The translations under genes and the position numbers were made by a program. The notes beneath the pieces are model-generated. The model saw only the letters and a list, made by a program, of their open reading frames with translations, had not been told where the DNA came from and searched no databases. A DNA stretch of 43,126 bases from Vitrella brassicaformis CCMP3155 (Eukaryota; Protista; Chromerida): NCBI GenBank assembly GCA_001179505.1, contig CDMY01000610.1:1-43126 (forward strand). The letters run 5' to 3'. Positions 25,110-37,380 of the stretch are shown here, one piece after another (positions within the stretch are counted from its first letter, which is position 1; the number at the start of each line of letters is the position of its first letter).

Positions 25110-28100
25110 ATGGCTGACGAGCGGCCAATCGCGGACCCGTTCGATGCCTTTGAGGAGGAGGCAGTCGAGGATGAGCAACAGGTCGATGCCGAGAAGAAAT
25201 CCCTCGATGCCGTCGCCCCCGCCGCAGCCAAGGCCAGGAGGCAAAAACGCCGCGGCCATGTGCCGACTGTGACGCAGATCCTCAGCCACGAGCTGACGAA
25301 GCTCGCCAACGCCAGCTGGGCGTCGGCGGCCCCTCCGCCCTTCACACCTCAGCTGATCGATGACATCTACGGCACACTGAGGGAGTCGGACTTCGACCTC
25401 AGCAAAATGATGATCCTCGAGTACAGCGGCTACCTCGAGGGCCACCTCTGGCCGCACTACGGCGATGAGGCCTCCCTCACACACGTGCTGTCGATCGTTG
25501 TCATGATCAACGAGAAGGTGCGGCAGGGGGTGGAGGTCTGGGAGACCATCGGGGTGGCCTTCAAGGCCACCGCTGCGATGCCTCAAGACGATCCCAAGGT
25601 GCGGTCGTTTTTTCGGAGGGTGTTTACGATCCCCGCCGAGCAGCTGTCGATGAAGGAGCAGACCATCCTGACGACATTCCTAATCAACACCTTCCAGTCG
25701 TTCGAGCAGCCACGCATCCGCAAGGAGGGCCTGTCGGTGTGCAGCCCGCTGATCTGGCACCACCTCACGGAGCCTGTGCGCGACTCGCTCATCAGTGAGC
25801 ACCCCCCGCTGCAGAAGATCTGGCGGTCGACACTTAAGAAGCTGCAGAAGGGCGGCCAGCAGCTCGAGAGAGACTACCTCCACAACCAACTCGAGAGCTT
25901 CCTGCTGTTCATTGAGGAGACCCTCGCGCCAAAGGCCGTCATCGACGGGGACGAGCTGGCGTATATCGAGCGCTTTGTGGAGTGGATGATCGACCTGCTC
26001 AACCAGCTGGCGACGCGCCGGTGGTTCCGGCCTCTGCTGCAGTCGAAGCAGTTTGAGGTGCGGTGTCGGCTGACGGGCATCAGCGAGAGGGAGGAGGGGA
26101 AGCTGTTCGGCCAGCTGCTGGACATACTGCGGTTCTATGAGGGGTTTGAGATCAACGATCACACAGGTGCGTGTGTGGGTGGGGGAGGGGGAGAAAAGGG
26201 CCATGGATGGATGTGGGTGTGCTGTGTTGGTGTGTGGTGTGTAGGTGAGCCGCTGTCTCACCTGGAGATATCTGAGCGGCACTACCACAAGATGCAGCAG
26301 TTCCAGCGAGTGTGCTTCCACACCTACCCAGACACACTCAAAGACGTCAGCAGCCCAACAACCACACACTCACACGCCAAACAACACACGCCCACCTATC
26401 TCTCTCTCTCTCTCTCTCCCACTGCCCTAATCAGGTGTCACTGCGGTCGATCAGTTCGATCGATTCGCGCGATTCTCTGTCGTCCATCCTGACGCCCCTG
26501 CCCCTGGACACTCTGGCGGGCCTCACCGAGCAGCTCCACCTCATTCGCATGGCTGACCTGCTCGGCGGGGGGGACAACGACAGCAACAGCAACAGCACTG
26601 CTGACGGCGTCCCGGGAAGCAAGCTGGTGAATGGAGTAACCGGCGAGAAGGAGAAGGAGAAGGAAAAGGAAACGAGGGCTCGGTGGCGCAGCCCCAAGAC
26701 GCTCAAGGCATTCCTCGTCGAAGTTATCATCAGCCGACTCGAACGACGCGTGAGCACCCTCCACCAACCACACCCCTCATACGTGTCGATGGCACTCATT
26801 CCTCTCTCTCTCTCTCTCTCTCTTTGTCTGCCTGTCTGGCTACGTGGGCTTTTGTCAGCCTGACCAGCTGTCCCAGATTCGGTCCATGCCGCTGTACCCG
26901 ACTCAGGAGGTGTTGTGGGACCCCAACCTGGTGCCGGCGGAGCACTACCAGGGGGAGTTCTCACTCGCACTCCCCAAACTCAACCTGCAATTCCTCACCA
27001 TACACGACTACCTGCTGCGCAACTTCAAACTCTTCAGGTCGGTCGGCGGCTTGCTGGAGGGGCGGGGACACGTGTGGTGGTTTTTATTGCATGTATGCAG
27101 GCTCGAGTCGACGTATGAGATCCGTGAGCACCTGGAAGACGTCATTCTGCGCGTCAGGCCGGTGAAGGTCAGTGAGTCAGTCAGGGAAACAGACACGCAG
27201 GCAGTGGGAGCGGTGCATGTGTGTGCACATGTGCTGTGTCCGTATGTGTGTGTCTGTGTAGGATGTGACTGTGCGGACGGCCACTCGCTTCGAGGGCCAG
27301 GCACGCATGGCCGTCACAGTGGAGGACTTCAGCATCGCTGTCGTCAAAAAACCTAAGGTACACAGACTCCAAACACACACATCGATAGAAGGAAGGATAT
27401 CCTCTGTGTGTGTGTGTGTGTGTGTAGGTCGGCGAGACGGTGCCTTCCGAGGTGCGTGCCGAGGTGGTGTACAACCTGGGCGGCCTGCAGCCACACATAC
27501 GCCGAGAGTGGGAAGAGCTCAGGCAATTCGACGTCCTTTTCATGGTCACTCACACACTGGGATAGAGGGCCGATCGTTCCACACACGTGTTTCGTTGTCG
27601 CTATCTCCCTGTGCTTTGTATGCAGTTGGCCATGATGGGGTCCGAGGAGCCGGTGCAGGGCCGCGTGGGCGACATCCCCATCACAGAGTTCCCTGAGAAA
27701 TTCGGCATCATCGCCGTGCGGTCAGCAGCAAACACACAGACACACACAGAAACACGGACAGCGGCCCCACTGTGTGTGTGGTGGTGGTGGTGGTGTGTGT
27801 GTCTATACGTTATCTATCTATCAATCAGTGGTGCCGAGATCATCGAGATCTGTGACGAGGACGGCCATGTGGTGTCGGACCCCAACCCGATGGAGAGACG
27901 GCCGCCGAGGGGCCACATGCGCACCGCGCGCATACTCCTCGACCCCGCGCAATACCAACTCGACCTTGACGCACTCAAGGTAACTAAGTATGGTGATCGA
28001 TACACATGACACACAGACACACAGAGGGAGAGGGAGAGGGAGAGAAGGCCGGGTGAATTTCTTTTTGGTGCGGGTCGTGTCGTGTGTAGGACACCGGTTT

Positions 28101-31100
28101 GGAGGAGCTGTACGGATCGTTCAATCTGCTGGTGCGTCGCCGGCCCGAGGAGAACAATTTCAAGGCCATCCTGCAGACCATACGCAGCATCATGGACGAC
28201 CCTGAAGGCACACAGGCTGTCGTACCCGGTGAGTTCGTAGCGTACGCACTGCACACCCACAGCACACACACAGGCATGGACATACATATGAGTGTGTTGA
28301 TCTGTATGTGTCAGATTGGCTGCACGATTTGTTTCTGGGTTACGGCGACCCGGGGTCGGCTCAGTACTTCAGGCTTGACACACAGATCCCTGGTGGGCAT
28401 GGCATGCGCACCTAGGGCATTCACACACGGCCGCATGATGCATGGCGTGTGAGTGACAGACATTGATTTCCTGGACACCTTCCTGGACCGCTCCCACCTG
28501 ACCGAGTCCTTCCCGGACGCCGAAGGGGTCACCATCCCCGAAGGTCACCTCACCTCACCCAGCCACACAGACAGTGTACTCCCTCCCTCACTGCGTGTTG
28601 TGTCATGCTGCACACACACATCAGGTCTGTCGCCTCCCTACCGGGTCAAGTTTGAGCGTGCCGGCGACCCCCCGTCTGCCGACCAGCGGCCGCCAGAGAG
28701 GCTCGCCGTCACCACCTACACGCGACCAAACAAGGTAGCTTCGCATCATGCCGTTGAATCAGCAGAATCACATGTATGCGGTGTGTGTGTGTGTGTAGGG
28801 TCCGTACCCCGAGTGTGCGTATCGCGTCAACGGTGTTCGGTTCACGCCGGCCCAGGTGGAGGCCATCCGCTCGGGCGTCAACCCGGGACTCACCATGGTC
28901 GTCGGACCGCCAGGAACTGGTCGGTGCTCTCACGGCATTCATACACACACACCGATGGATGGATGGATGGATGAATGGATGTGTCTGATATTGTGTGTGT
29001 CAGGCAAGACCGACACGGCGGTTCAGATCGTCAATTTGCTATACCACAACTTCCCCAACGAGCGGACCCTACTCGTCGCCCACTCTAACCAGGTAACCAC
29101 ACACACACAAACACACAATGGACACACACATGAAGGGCCCCTCTATGTGTCTTGAAACAGGCGCTGAATGATCTGTTTGAGAAGATCGTGGCTTTGGACA
29201 TCGACGAGCGGTATTTGCTGCGTCTGGGTCGTGGCGAGAGGCTGCTTGAGATGGACAAGGACTTCAGCAAGTGGGGGAGGGTCAACCACATGCTGCTCAG
29301 ACGCATCGAGTGCCTCGACAAAGTGGGACGACTCGCCACATCACTCGGACTCAGGTAGGTCACCTGACCCCACAAAACGCACCACACACAGACACAGACA
29401 CATTGTGTGTGGCAATGGATGGATGGATGGATGGGTGGGTTTGTCAGTTCTGACGTGGCGTATTCCTGCGAGACGGCCGCCCATTTCTACCTCTACCACA
29501 TCGTGTCACGCATCGAGGAGTACAGACTCAACCTCACCAAAGCAGGTATGTATGCATCAGACAAACACCCCACACACGCCCTCTCCCCTCCAGTGCACCG
29601 CTGTCTGCACTGCCTGTGTCAGGTGCCGACGGCTCCAACTTGGCATCGATATGGCCCAAGGTGCAGCGCGCGCACGAGAAGGAGATCAGGAAGCATGCCG
29701 CCGAGCGCGAGAGGCGGCGGAGGGCGCGAGGCATCAAGGACAACCAGCCTACCATCGAAGAGATCATCGAGAACCCTTACGCAGGAAAGGTACGCATTTC
29801 CCTCCCTCCCCCCTCTACACACACACGGATACACACGCATCCCGCTGTCTGTTCTGTGTCAGCGGAAGCGCCCCGGCAAGTCGGCTCGCGAGCGTCTGAA
29901 GAAGCGTCGTCAGGAGCTGATGCACCAGCTGGCCGAGGAGAGGCTGCAGCAGAAACTTGCGGACATGGAGAAACGCAAAAAGGCAATGGTGCCCGACCAG
30001 GCAGAGGCAGAGCCAGATGGCGACAACGAGGCTGATGCGCCCATGGCCGACACCGCACAGCAGGAACAGCAGCAGCAGGACGGTGTGCCTGGTGGTGGTG
30101 ACAAGAAGGTTGACACGAATGGTGGCGAGGGTGACCACCCGATGGGCGAGGGCGGGAGTGAGGCAGCCGGGGAGGGGGAGGAGGAGGAGGATGAGGAGCA
30201 GGACATGATCGACGAGGAGAGGATGGGCATCGACTACTCGAAAACACCCGAGGTCATCCACTCCACACACACATACACTCACCTCACCCACTCACACACA
30301 CACAGAGACCACATGACAAACAACACGCGCATCCATCCGTCCATCTCTGTCTCTCTCTCTCACTCAGGATCTGCTGGCCTCTGGTCATTCGGTGCCCCAG
30401 CTGCTGTTCCCCTTCCGTGAGTTCTTCGCCGACGCCCCCCAGCCGCTCTTCACCGGCGACCACCAGCACGACCTCGACACGGCAGAGGGATGCTTCAAGT
30501 ACTTCGAGCACCTCTTCAAAGAGGTCGACGAGTGCCACGCCTTCGAGCTCCTGAGGAACCAAACCGAACGGGCCAACTACCTCCTCACGTCAGCCCAGCC
30601 ACACACACACATACACACGACTGTGTGGGTATGGGTGAGTGTGTGTGTGTGTGTGTTGTGTGTGCAGTAAGCACGCCAAGGTGATAGCGATGACCTGCAC
30701 CCACGCGGCGTTGACGCGTCACAACCTGATCGACCTGCGCTTCAAGTACGACAACCTCATCATGGAGGAAAGCGCGCAGATACTCGAGGTCAGCGACAGA
30801 CGAGCAAGGACAAGGAAGGTCCATGAGCCGATTATGCATCTGTGTGTGTGTAGGTTGAGACGTTCATCCCCATGTTGCTGCAGCAGTCAGAGAGAGGTGG
30901 GCAGGTAGCACAGGCCTGCCTCATGAGCAGCCAGGGGTTTGATCATCGTCTCTCTGTGTGCCCTCCACACAGGGGTGAGTCGCCTGAAGCGTGTGGTGCT
31001 GATTGGAGACCACCACCAGCTGCCACCGGTCGTCAAAAACAGGGTACCACAAACCGCAGAAGAACCCAACACACTGCACTCTCTGTCCATCCCTCCATCC

Positions 31101-31665
31101 CTCCGGGCATTTATCGGTCCAGGCGTTTCAGCGGTACGGCCACCTGGACCAGTCTCTCTTTTCGCGGTTCGTGAGGCTGCAGACGCCCACAGTGCTGCTC
31201 GACAAACAGGGACGCGCCAGGCCGGAGATCGCCACACTCTACAACTGGAGGTATGGACACACACACCACAAACACACCGACGGATGCCGTGGTCTGACGG
31301 GTGTATTCGTATGACTGTGTGTGTGCAGGTACGAGGGCCGGCTTGGCGACCTTCCCAAAGTGACCGCCGAGCCCGAATACCTGGTCAGCCACACGACCAT
31401 CGGACATACCGACACACAGGCAGTCCTTATGTGTGCTCGTTGTGGCTGATGTGTGTGTTGGTTGCTTCCACCAGACGGCGAATGGTGGTCTGTGTCACGT
31501 GTACCAGTTTGTGGATGTGGGTGACTTCGACGGTCGAGGTGAGAGCGCCCCGCAGCCCTTCTTCTACCAGAACCTCGGCGAGGCCGAGTACATGGTCGCA
31601 CTCTACATGTTCATGAGACTCATTGGTGAGCGGCAAGCACCCTGTGTGAGTCATACTCACATCCG

Positions 31666-31697
<32 letters not shown>

Positions 31698-32924
31698 TGT
31701 GTGTATGTGTGTGTGTGTGTTGTGTAGGGTATCCCGCCAGCAAGATCACCCTCCTGACGACCTATAACGGCCAGAAGGCCCTACTCAATGATGTCGTCAG
31801 GAAAAGGTCAGCCGGCTGGCCAGCAAGATCGACACACGACCATGCTATGCTCGCCTTCACTCATGTATACTGCATCCATCTGTGTGGATACGTATATGTC
31901 AGGTGTGGATGGAATCCCAACATCGGCCTGCCGGCCAAAATCGAGACAGTCGACCGATACCAAGGGCAACAAAACGACTGTACGCAAAGGCCGAGGGGAT
32001 GACACCTTCCTGTGGGATGACACCTCCCTGTGTGTATGTGTCTGTTTGTGTGTTCAGATGTGCTGCTGTCATTGGTGCGGACCAACAGTGTGGGCCACAT
32101 CCGCGACATCAGGAGGCTGGTCGTCGCCATGTCACGCGCACGGCTCGGTACGCGCCTGCCCGCCACACACGATCTTTGTGCGGACACATAGATACGCCGC
32201 GCCACGTCTGTCCGTTTGTTTGCTGTGTGTGGCGGGTCTGCAGGTCTGTATGTGTTCGGTCGGCTTGAGCTGTTCGACCAGTGCATGGAGCTGGCACACG
32301 TCTTCTCGCTCTTTAAGGAAAGGTACGGACGTCGGCTGGCTGAATGACCACGTGCAGTGCAGTGCACACGACAGACACCACACACCTGTGTGTGTCGTGT
32401 TGGTGTGGCGTCATGTCATCAACCAGGCCCACACAGCTGGCCCTCGAGTTCAGCGAATCCTTCCAGACCGACAGACAGGTACGCACCGCATCCATCCCAT
32501 GCACACACGCCGCCACACCCCTTGATGCGATTGAATCACATTCACTGCCGTTGCCGTGCGTGTGTCATGGGTGCAGCCCTCCGAGAGCGGCACCGCCCGT
32601 CTGGTGAGTGACGTCGAGGCCATGTGGCGGCTGCTGGACGACAAGAACCAGGAGATCGTCAAGCGCAACGCCCCCACCACCGCCCCGCCATCCTTCCCGC
32701 CACCGCCCCTCCCACCCCCCGCCGCAGCCAGACCTCTCCCCATCCCAGATGTCAACGCCGTTAGGCCGCCACCAGGGCTGCGCGGCGGGGTGCTGCGCGA
32801 GCAGGATGACACCCAACAAGTCGATCAGGGTGGGGAGACCATGCAGCTTGACGAGGGAGAGGGCGGGGCAGCCGAGGAGCTGCCGAAGCCGGATGAAACA
32901 GAAAGGCCGATGAGTGATGAGTGA
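25110..32924 (+). CDS. AQR: Intron-binding spliceosomal RNA helicase Aquarius (IBP160), multi-exon
   Basis: [73 protein letters not shown], Walker [83 protein letters not shown]. Confidence 0.97.
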
Positions 32925-32979
32925 GACACTGGCTGAGATTCTGAGAGTGTGAGTGCGTGTTTCAATGGATCTGAACGTG

Positions 32980-33394
32980 CGCAATCAATGGCCCAGGCCC
33001 AACCGGCCTCGAGCCCGACACGCGCGCGCGTGCGGGGGAGACCGGCGGGAGAACATGAATGTGTTCGGGTGGGTGGGTCGTTTGCGAATACGAGGGACGA
33101 GCTCCAAATCGCGAGCCCGGAGATCGTTACACGGAAGAAGGCGAGCAGGCGAGCTAGTGAGCTCGCTGGAGGCAGAGTCGCTACTGCGCCTCTGCCTGAT
33201 GTGTGTGCTCCGCTGCACGTACGTCCGCGACCGGACGTACCATCCTTACGCTCCCATACGTTCGCCTCCGCACCGATGTGTGCTCGCACTGCGAGCGTGC
33301 CTGTCTGCTGATCTGCCTGCCTGATCTGTCCTATCTTCACCGCAATCAATGGCCCAGGCCCAACCGGCCTCGAGCCCGACACGCGCGCGCGTGC
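32980..33394 (-). repeat. 3' terminal split-repeat block: B2 (32980-33033), A2 (33077-33257), B1 (33341-33394)
   Basis: B is a 54-bp repeat (cgcaatcaatggcccagg...cgcgcgtgc) present twice. A2 matches 42669-42841 apart from an 8-bp duplication and one substitution. Confidence 0.9.
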
Positions 33395-33631
33395 TCCCAA
33401 CGACCACGGTGAGCGGTGAAGATAGGAGGCCAGATCTGGCGCAGATCGACGCAGACGACCCTCCTGTATGTGTGTGTTTCGATGCAGGTGATGTCTGTCT
33501 TTGATGCGCTTCACTCGTTGCACTCACTCGTTCGCCCCTCCCCTTACGCCCAGTGCTCTGCGTTGTTTTGCTGTTTCGTCACAGCTTTCTCCACGGCGTT
33601 TCTCTCTGCTATTGTACACTGGTACGCTCTA

Positions 33632-34030
33632 CTACGCTCTCGCTGACATGCCTACGGTGTCTGTGTGTTCACAGGCCTTCGATGCGCCCCCATTGCGGAG
33701 GGAGTGTGACGATACCCGCGTCTGCATGCCCACTTCTTGCGCCGCCCGCTTGAGGGCCCTGTTCCAGGACGACCGGCTGGGTTGGTTCCTTTGTGTGTTG
33801 GCGCGTTCGCCCGCTTTGGGACGGATGAGGGGTGTGCCCTGCTCTTTGCGAAGTGCGGGAACCGGGAGGGCTTGCCCGGCAGCTGCAGGCGCAGCCCTTG
33901 CCCCGTGTGGTCGTTCTTCTGTTTGCGCATGAAGCTGGTGACCTTGTCCTCGGTCGCCTCGACGTCTCCCACTCGCACTCATCCGCCCTTCGCACACCGA
34001 AGAACTGGAGGAGGGGGATGGCTGCATTGC
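33632..34030 (-). pseudogene. Second partial copy of the tyrosine recombinase C-terminal region
   Basis: FFGVRRADE, VRVGDVE...RKQKND, SSHSLRNGGAS. It differs slightly from the 35132-35530 copy (HSLRKGG) and is cut by the gap. Confidence 0.8.
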
Positions 34031-34330
34031 NNNNNNNNNNNNNNNNNNNNNNNNNNNNNNNNNNNNNNNNNNNNNNNNNNNNNNNNNNNNNNNNNNNNNN
34101 NNNNNNNNNNNNNNNNNNNNNNNNNNNNNNNNNNNNNNNNNNNNNNNNNNNNNNNNNNNNNNNNNNNNNNNNNNNNNNNNNNNNNNNNNNNNNNNNNNNN
34201 NNNNNNNNNNNNNNNNNNNNNNNNNNNNNNNNNNNNNNNNNNNNNNNNNNNNNNNNNNNNNNNNNNNNNNNNNNNNNNNNNNNNNNNNNNNNNNNNNNNN
34301 NNNNNNNNNNNNNNNNNNNNNNNNNNNNNN

Positions 34331-34885
34331 TGTGTGTGCTCCGCTGCACGTACGTCCGCGACCGGACGTACCATCCTTACGCTCCCATACGTTCGCCTCC
34401 GCACCGATGTGTGCTCGCACTGCGAGCGTGCCTGTCTGCTGATCTGCCTGCCTGATCTGTCCTATCTTCACCGCAATCAATGGCCCAGGCCCAACCGGCC
34501 TCGAGCCCGACACGCGCGCGCGTGCGGGGGAGACCGGCGGGAGAACATGAATGTGTTCGGGTGGGTGGGTCGTTTGCGAATACGAGGGACGAGCTCCAAA
34601 TCGCGAGCCCGGAGATCGTTACACGGAAGAAGGCGAGCAGGCGAGCTAGTGAGCTCGCTGGAGGCAGAGTCGCTACTGCGCCTCTGCCTGATGTGTGTGC
34701 TCCGCTGCACGTACGTCCGCGACCGGACGTACCATCCTTACGCTCCCATACGTTCGCCTCCGCACCGATGTGTGCTCGCACTGCGAGCGTGCCTGTCTGC
34801 TGATCTGCCTGCCTGATCTGTCCTATCTTCACCGCAATCAATGGCCCAGGCCCAACCGGCCTCGAGCCCGACACGCGCGCGCGTG
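34331..34885 (-). repeat. Second terminal-repeat block: partial A, B (34471), A (34568-34748), B (34832); 361-bp periodicity
   Basis: Same sequence as 32980-33394, preceded by an extra A-tail plus spacer directly after the N gap. Confidence 0.85.
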
Positions 34886-35131
34886 CTCCCAACGACCACG
34901 GTGAGCGGTGAAGATAGGAGGCCAGATCTGGCGCAGATCGACGCAGACGACCCTCCTGTATGTGTGTGTTTCGACGCAGGTGATGTCTGTCTTTGATGAG
35001 CTTCACTCGCTGCACTGGGTGAGTCACTCGTTCGCCCCTCCCCTTACGCCCAGTGCTATGCGTTCTTTTGCTGTTTCGTCACAGCTTTCTCCACGGCGTT
35101 TCTCTCTGCTATTGTACACTGGTACGCTCTA

Positions 35132-36077
35132 CTACGCTCTCGCTGACATGCCTACGATGTCTGTGTGTTCACAGGCCTTCGATGCGCCCCCCTTGCGGAG
35201 GGAGTGTGACGATACCCGCGTCTGCATGCCCACTTCTTGCGCCGCCCGCTTGAGGGCCTTGTTCCAGGACGACCGGCTGGGTTGGTTCGTTTGTGTGTTG
35301 GCGCGTTCGCCCGCTTTGGGACGGATGAGGGGTGTGCCCTGCTCTTTGCGAAGTGCGGGAACCGGGAGGGCTTGCCCGGCAGCTGCAGGCGCAGCCCTTG
35401 CCCCGTGTGGTCGTTCTTCTGTTTGCGTATGAAGCTGGTGACCTTGTCCTCGGTCGCCTCGACGTCTCCCACTCGCACTCATCCGCCCTTCGCACACCGA
35501 AGAACTGGAGGAGGGGGAGGGCTGCATTGCGGACGTTGGCGTGCGTGGCGACGGTTGGTGTGACGCGCCACCAATGCCATACCAGTGGTGGGAGATACGC
35601 GGCTGGCAGCGGAACTGTGGGGTCGTAGTCGTTCCAGCACATATCGTTGCTATGGGCCGTCAGGCCTCGCAGAAAAACGCTGCACTTGGTCGCTCGGAAG
35701 GGCGGCTCGGGGTAGCCCTTCATGGTGTGCCAGAGGCGAAGGGCTGCGCGGACTTTGGGCAGCTTGTATGCGTGGCCTGGCACCACTGTGGCGATGGCAT
35801 AAATAATCTTCTCGGGTGAGTCAAGTGGGAAGAGTTGAGGGCACTTGTTGAACACCTCCGCTGCAATTCGACCGTATTCCTTCACTGTAGAGTCCGCGAG
35901 ACCGGTTTGGAAGCCCCTCCTGGCCACGAGGGTGACTTGCTCCCCGTCTGCGGGGTCGAATCCGAGGCTGCATGGGCATTGCAGGGCCGCTGCAAACGTA
36001 TCGGGCGACCTGGCGGTGCCAACGTCAACGACTACATCGCCTGATCCGCGGCGGGCGACCTCGATGTATCGCCATTT
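35132..36077 (-). pseudogene. Tyrosine recombinase (DIRS-type YR), frameshifted
   Basis: N-terminal core-binding-like region (LADSTVKEYGR...VRAALRLWHTMKG...VFLRGL), catalytic Arg motif LLQFFGVRRADE, then VRVGDVE...IRKQKNDHTGQG in another frame, then WNKALKRAAQEVG...SSHSLRKGGAS (H-x-x-R box) in a third. Confidence 0.85.
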
Positions 36078-36207
36078 CTGTCGATGTGTGTGTGTCCCTC
36101 TGCACATGTTACTCACTCAGGCGCACGATTTATTGGTCTCGCTTATAGATTTGGCTTGCTCATGCGATCGCCCTGGTCCCGCTCCTATGATTGTCCTCCC
36201 CATGCCC

Positions 36208-36960
36208 TTACTTACACACGTACGTTAAAGCACACGGGCCCTTACTTCCCTGTTCTGTTTCTGCTTTTTCTGCCTCCTGTCTGAAGGCGTCCATCACTCT
36301 CTTGCCCTCTTGCCACTCCTGCACCTTCTTCGTCACCACGCCCTCTTGGAGCAAGCACGCCGTGCTCAACGCTCGTGGTGGGACGACGCTGTGCTTTGTG
36401 TCTGTGTAGGACTGAGCTAAGCGCAGGCACTTCGCCGCTCTCTGCATCTCTTCCTTTCCCTCAACGAAGCCGAGTGCCACGTGCACGCCAACGTCGAGCA
36501 GCTTCTCGCGCACTCTGCTCATGAGGTGACAGCAGCGGAAGGGCGACGACGCCAATCCAGACAGGACGTATCTGAAGCGATGGAACTTGGCCGTGGTCGG
36601 CGAACTTAAAGCCGAGCATATCGATTTCTTCTGGGGCCACTGGTAGGTGCAGAAATCCCTCTCTCATGTCCACTTTGGCCTGATGGTATCCTTCTCCAGC
36701 GCGTCGCTAATCGAGGGCAGCGAGAGGGGTGGCTTTGAGACGGCTGCTTGGCCTCTTGAGCGCGAGAGGTCCACCACCACCCGCACTTTGTCTGGAAAGC
36801 CGAAACTGCCCCGAGACGAGAGACGACCCACAGCGCTAAACTCGCTAACTAATCAGCCTGTCGATCTCGGCCGCCACGTTGTCTTTGTGCGCTTCGACTG
36901 ACCGATAGTTTCTCAGCTCGACCGAGGGCACCGGTGGCACCAGCGATATCGGCACTCCCT
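36208..36960 (-). pseudogene. Reverse transcriptase remnant of DIRS type, with stops, frameshifts and no YxDD
   Basis: ELRNYRSVEAHKDNVAAEIDRLI, KVRVVVDLSRS, KVDMREGFLHLPV, FHRFRYVLSGLASSPFRCCHLMSRV lie in shifting frames. No YxDD motif and no recognisable RNase H follow. Confidence 0.75.
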
Positions 36961-37380
36961 TCTCTTGGCTGCCACGAACGACTCATGGAAACGTATGGAA
37001 ACCCAACGTCTCTGCTCCTGCTGGTGGCAGCTGACGGCCCCGCACCCACGGTGTGGGTGTTTTGCGTGCGGGCTGCTGTTCGTGAGTGCCCGAAGGGGAG
37101 CTCGACGTCTACCGGCAGGTCTGCTTGTGTGTCCTCTTCCATGTGTACACGACACAGAGAAGGGGGAGAATGATGTACGTTGTATGCGTGTTGCGGCAGT
37201 AGCGTTTAGATGCCATGTCCCTGCATTCGTGTCACGCACGATGCGACTATGCACTGCATGGAAGCATTGCACGATTGCGATGACTATCACACACAGACAC
37301 TATTCCACTGACTATCGACTAAACACAATTCGAGAGTCGGCTTCGCGCCCTCGCTGTGAAACTACATGCCTGCGGGCTTG

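Noticed and set aside
32980-34885. Repeat-spacer-repeat pattern as a CRISPR array
   Set aside because: The repeats are 54 and about 180 bp, the spacers are identical between units, there are no cas genes, and the context is eukaryotic. Split direct repeats explain the pattern.
35132-36077. Prophage or bacterial integrase (contamination or HGT)
   Set aside because: The YR is colinear with DIRS-type RT remnants and a gag-like ORF inside A/B repeats, and no phage genes are present.
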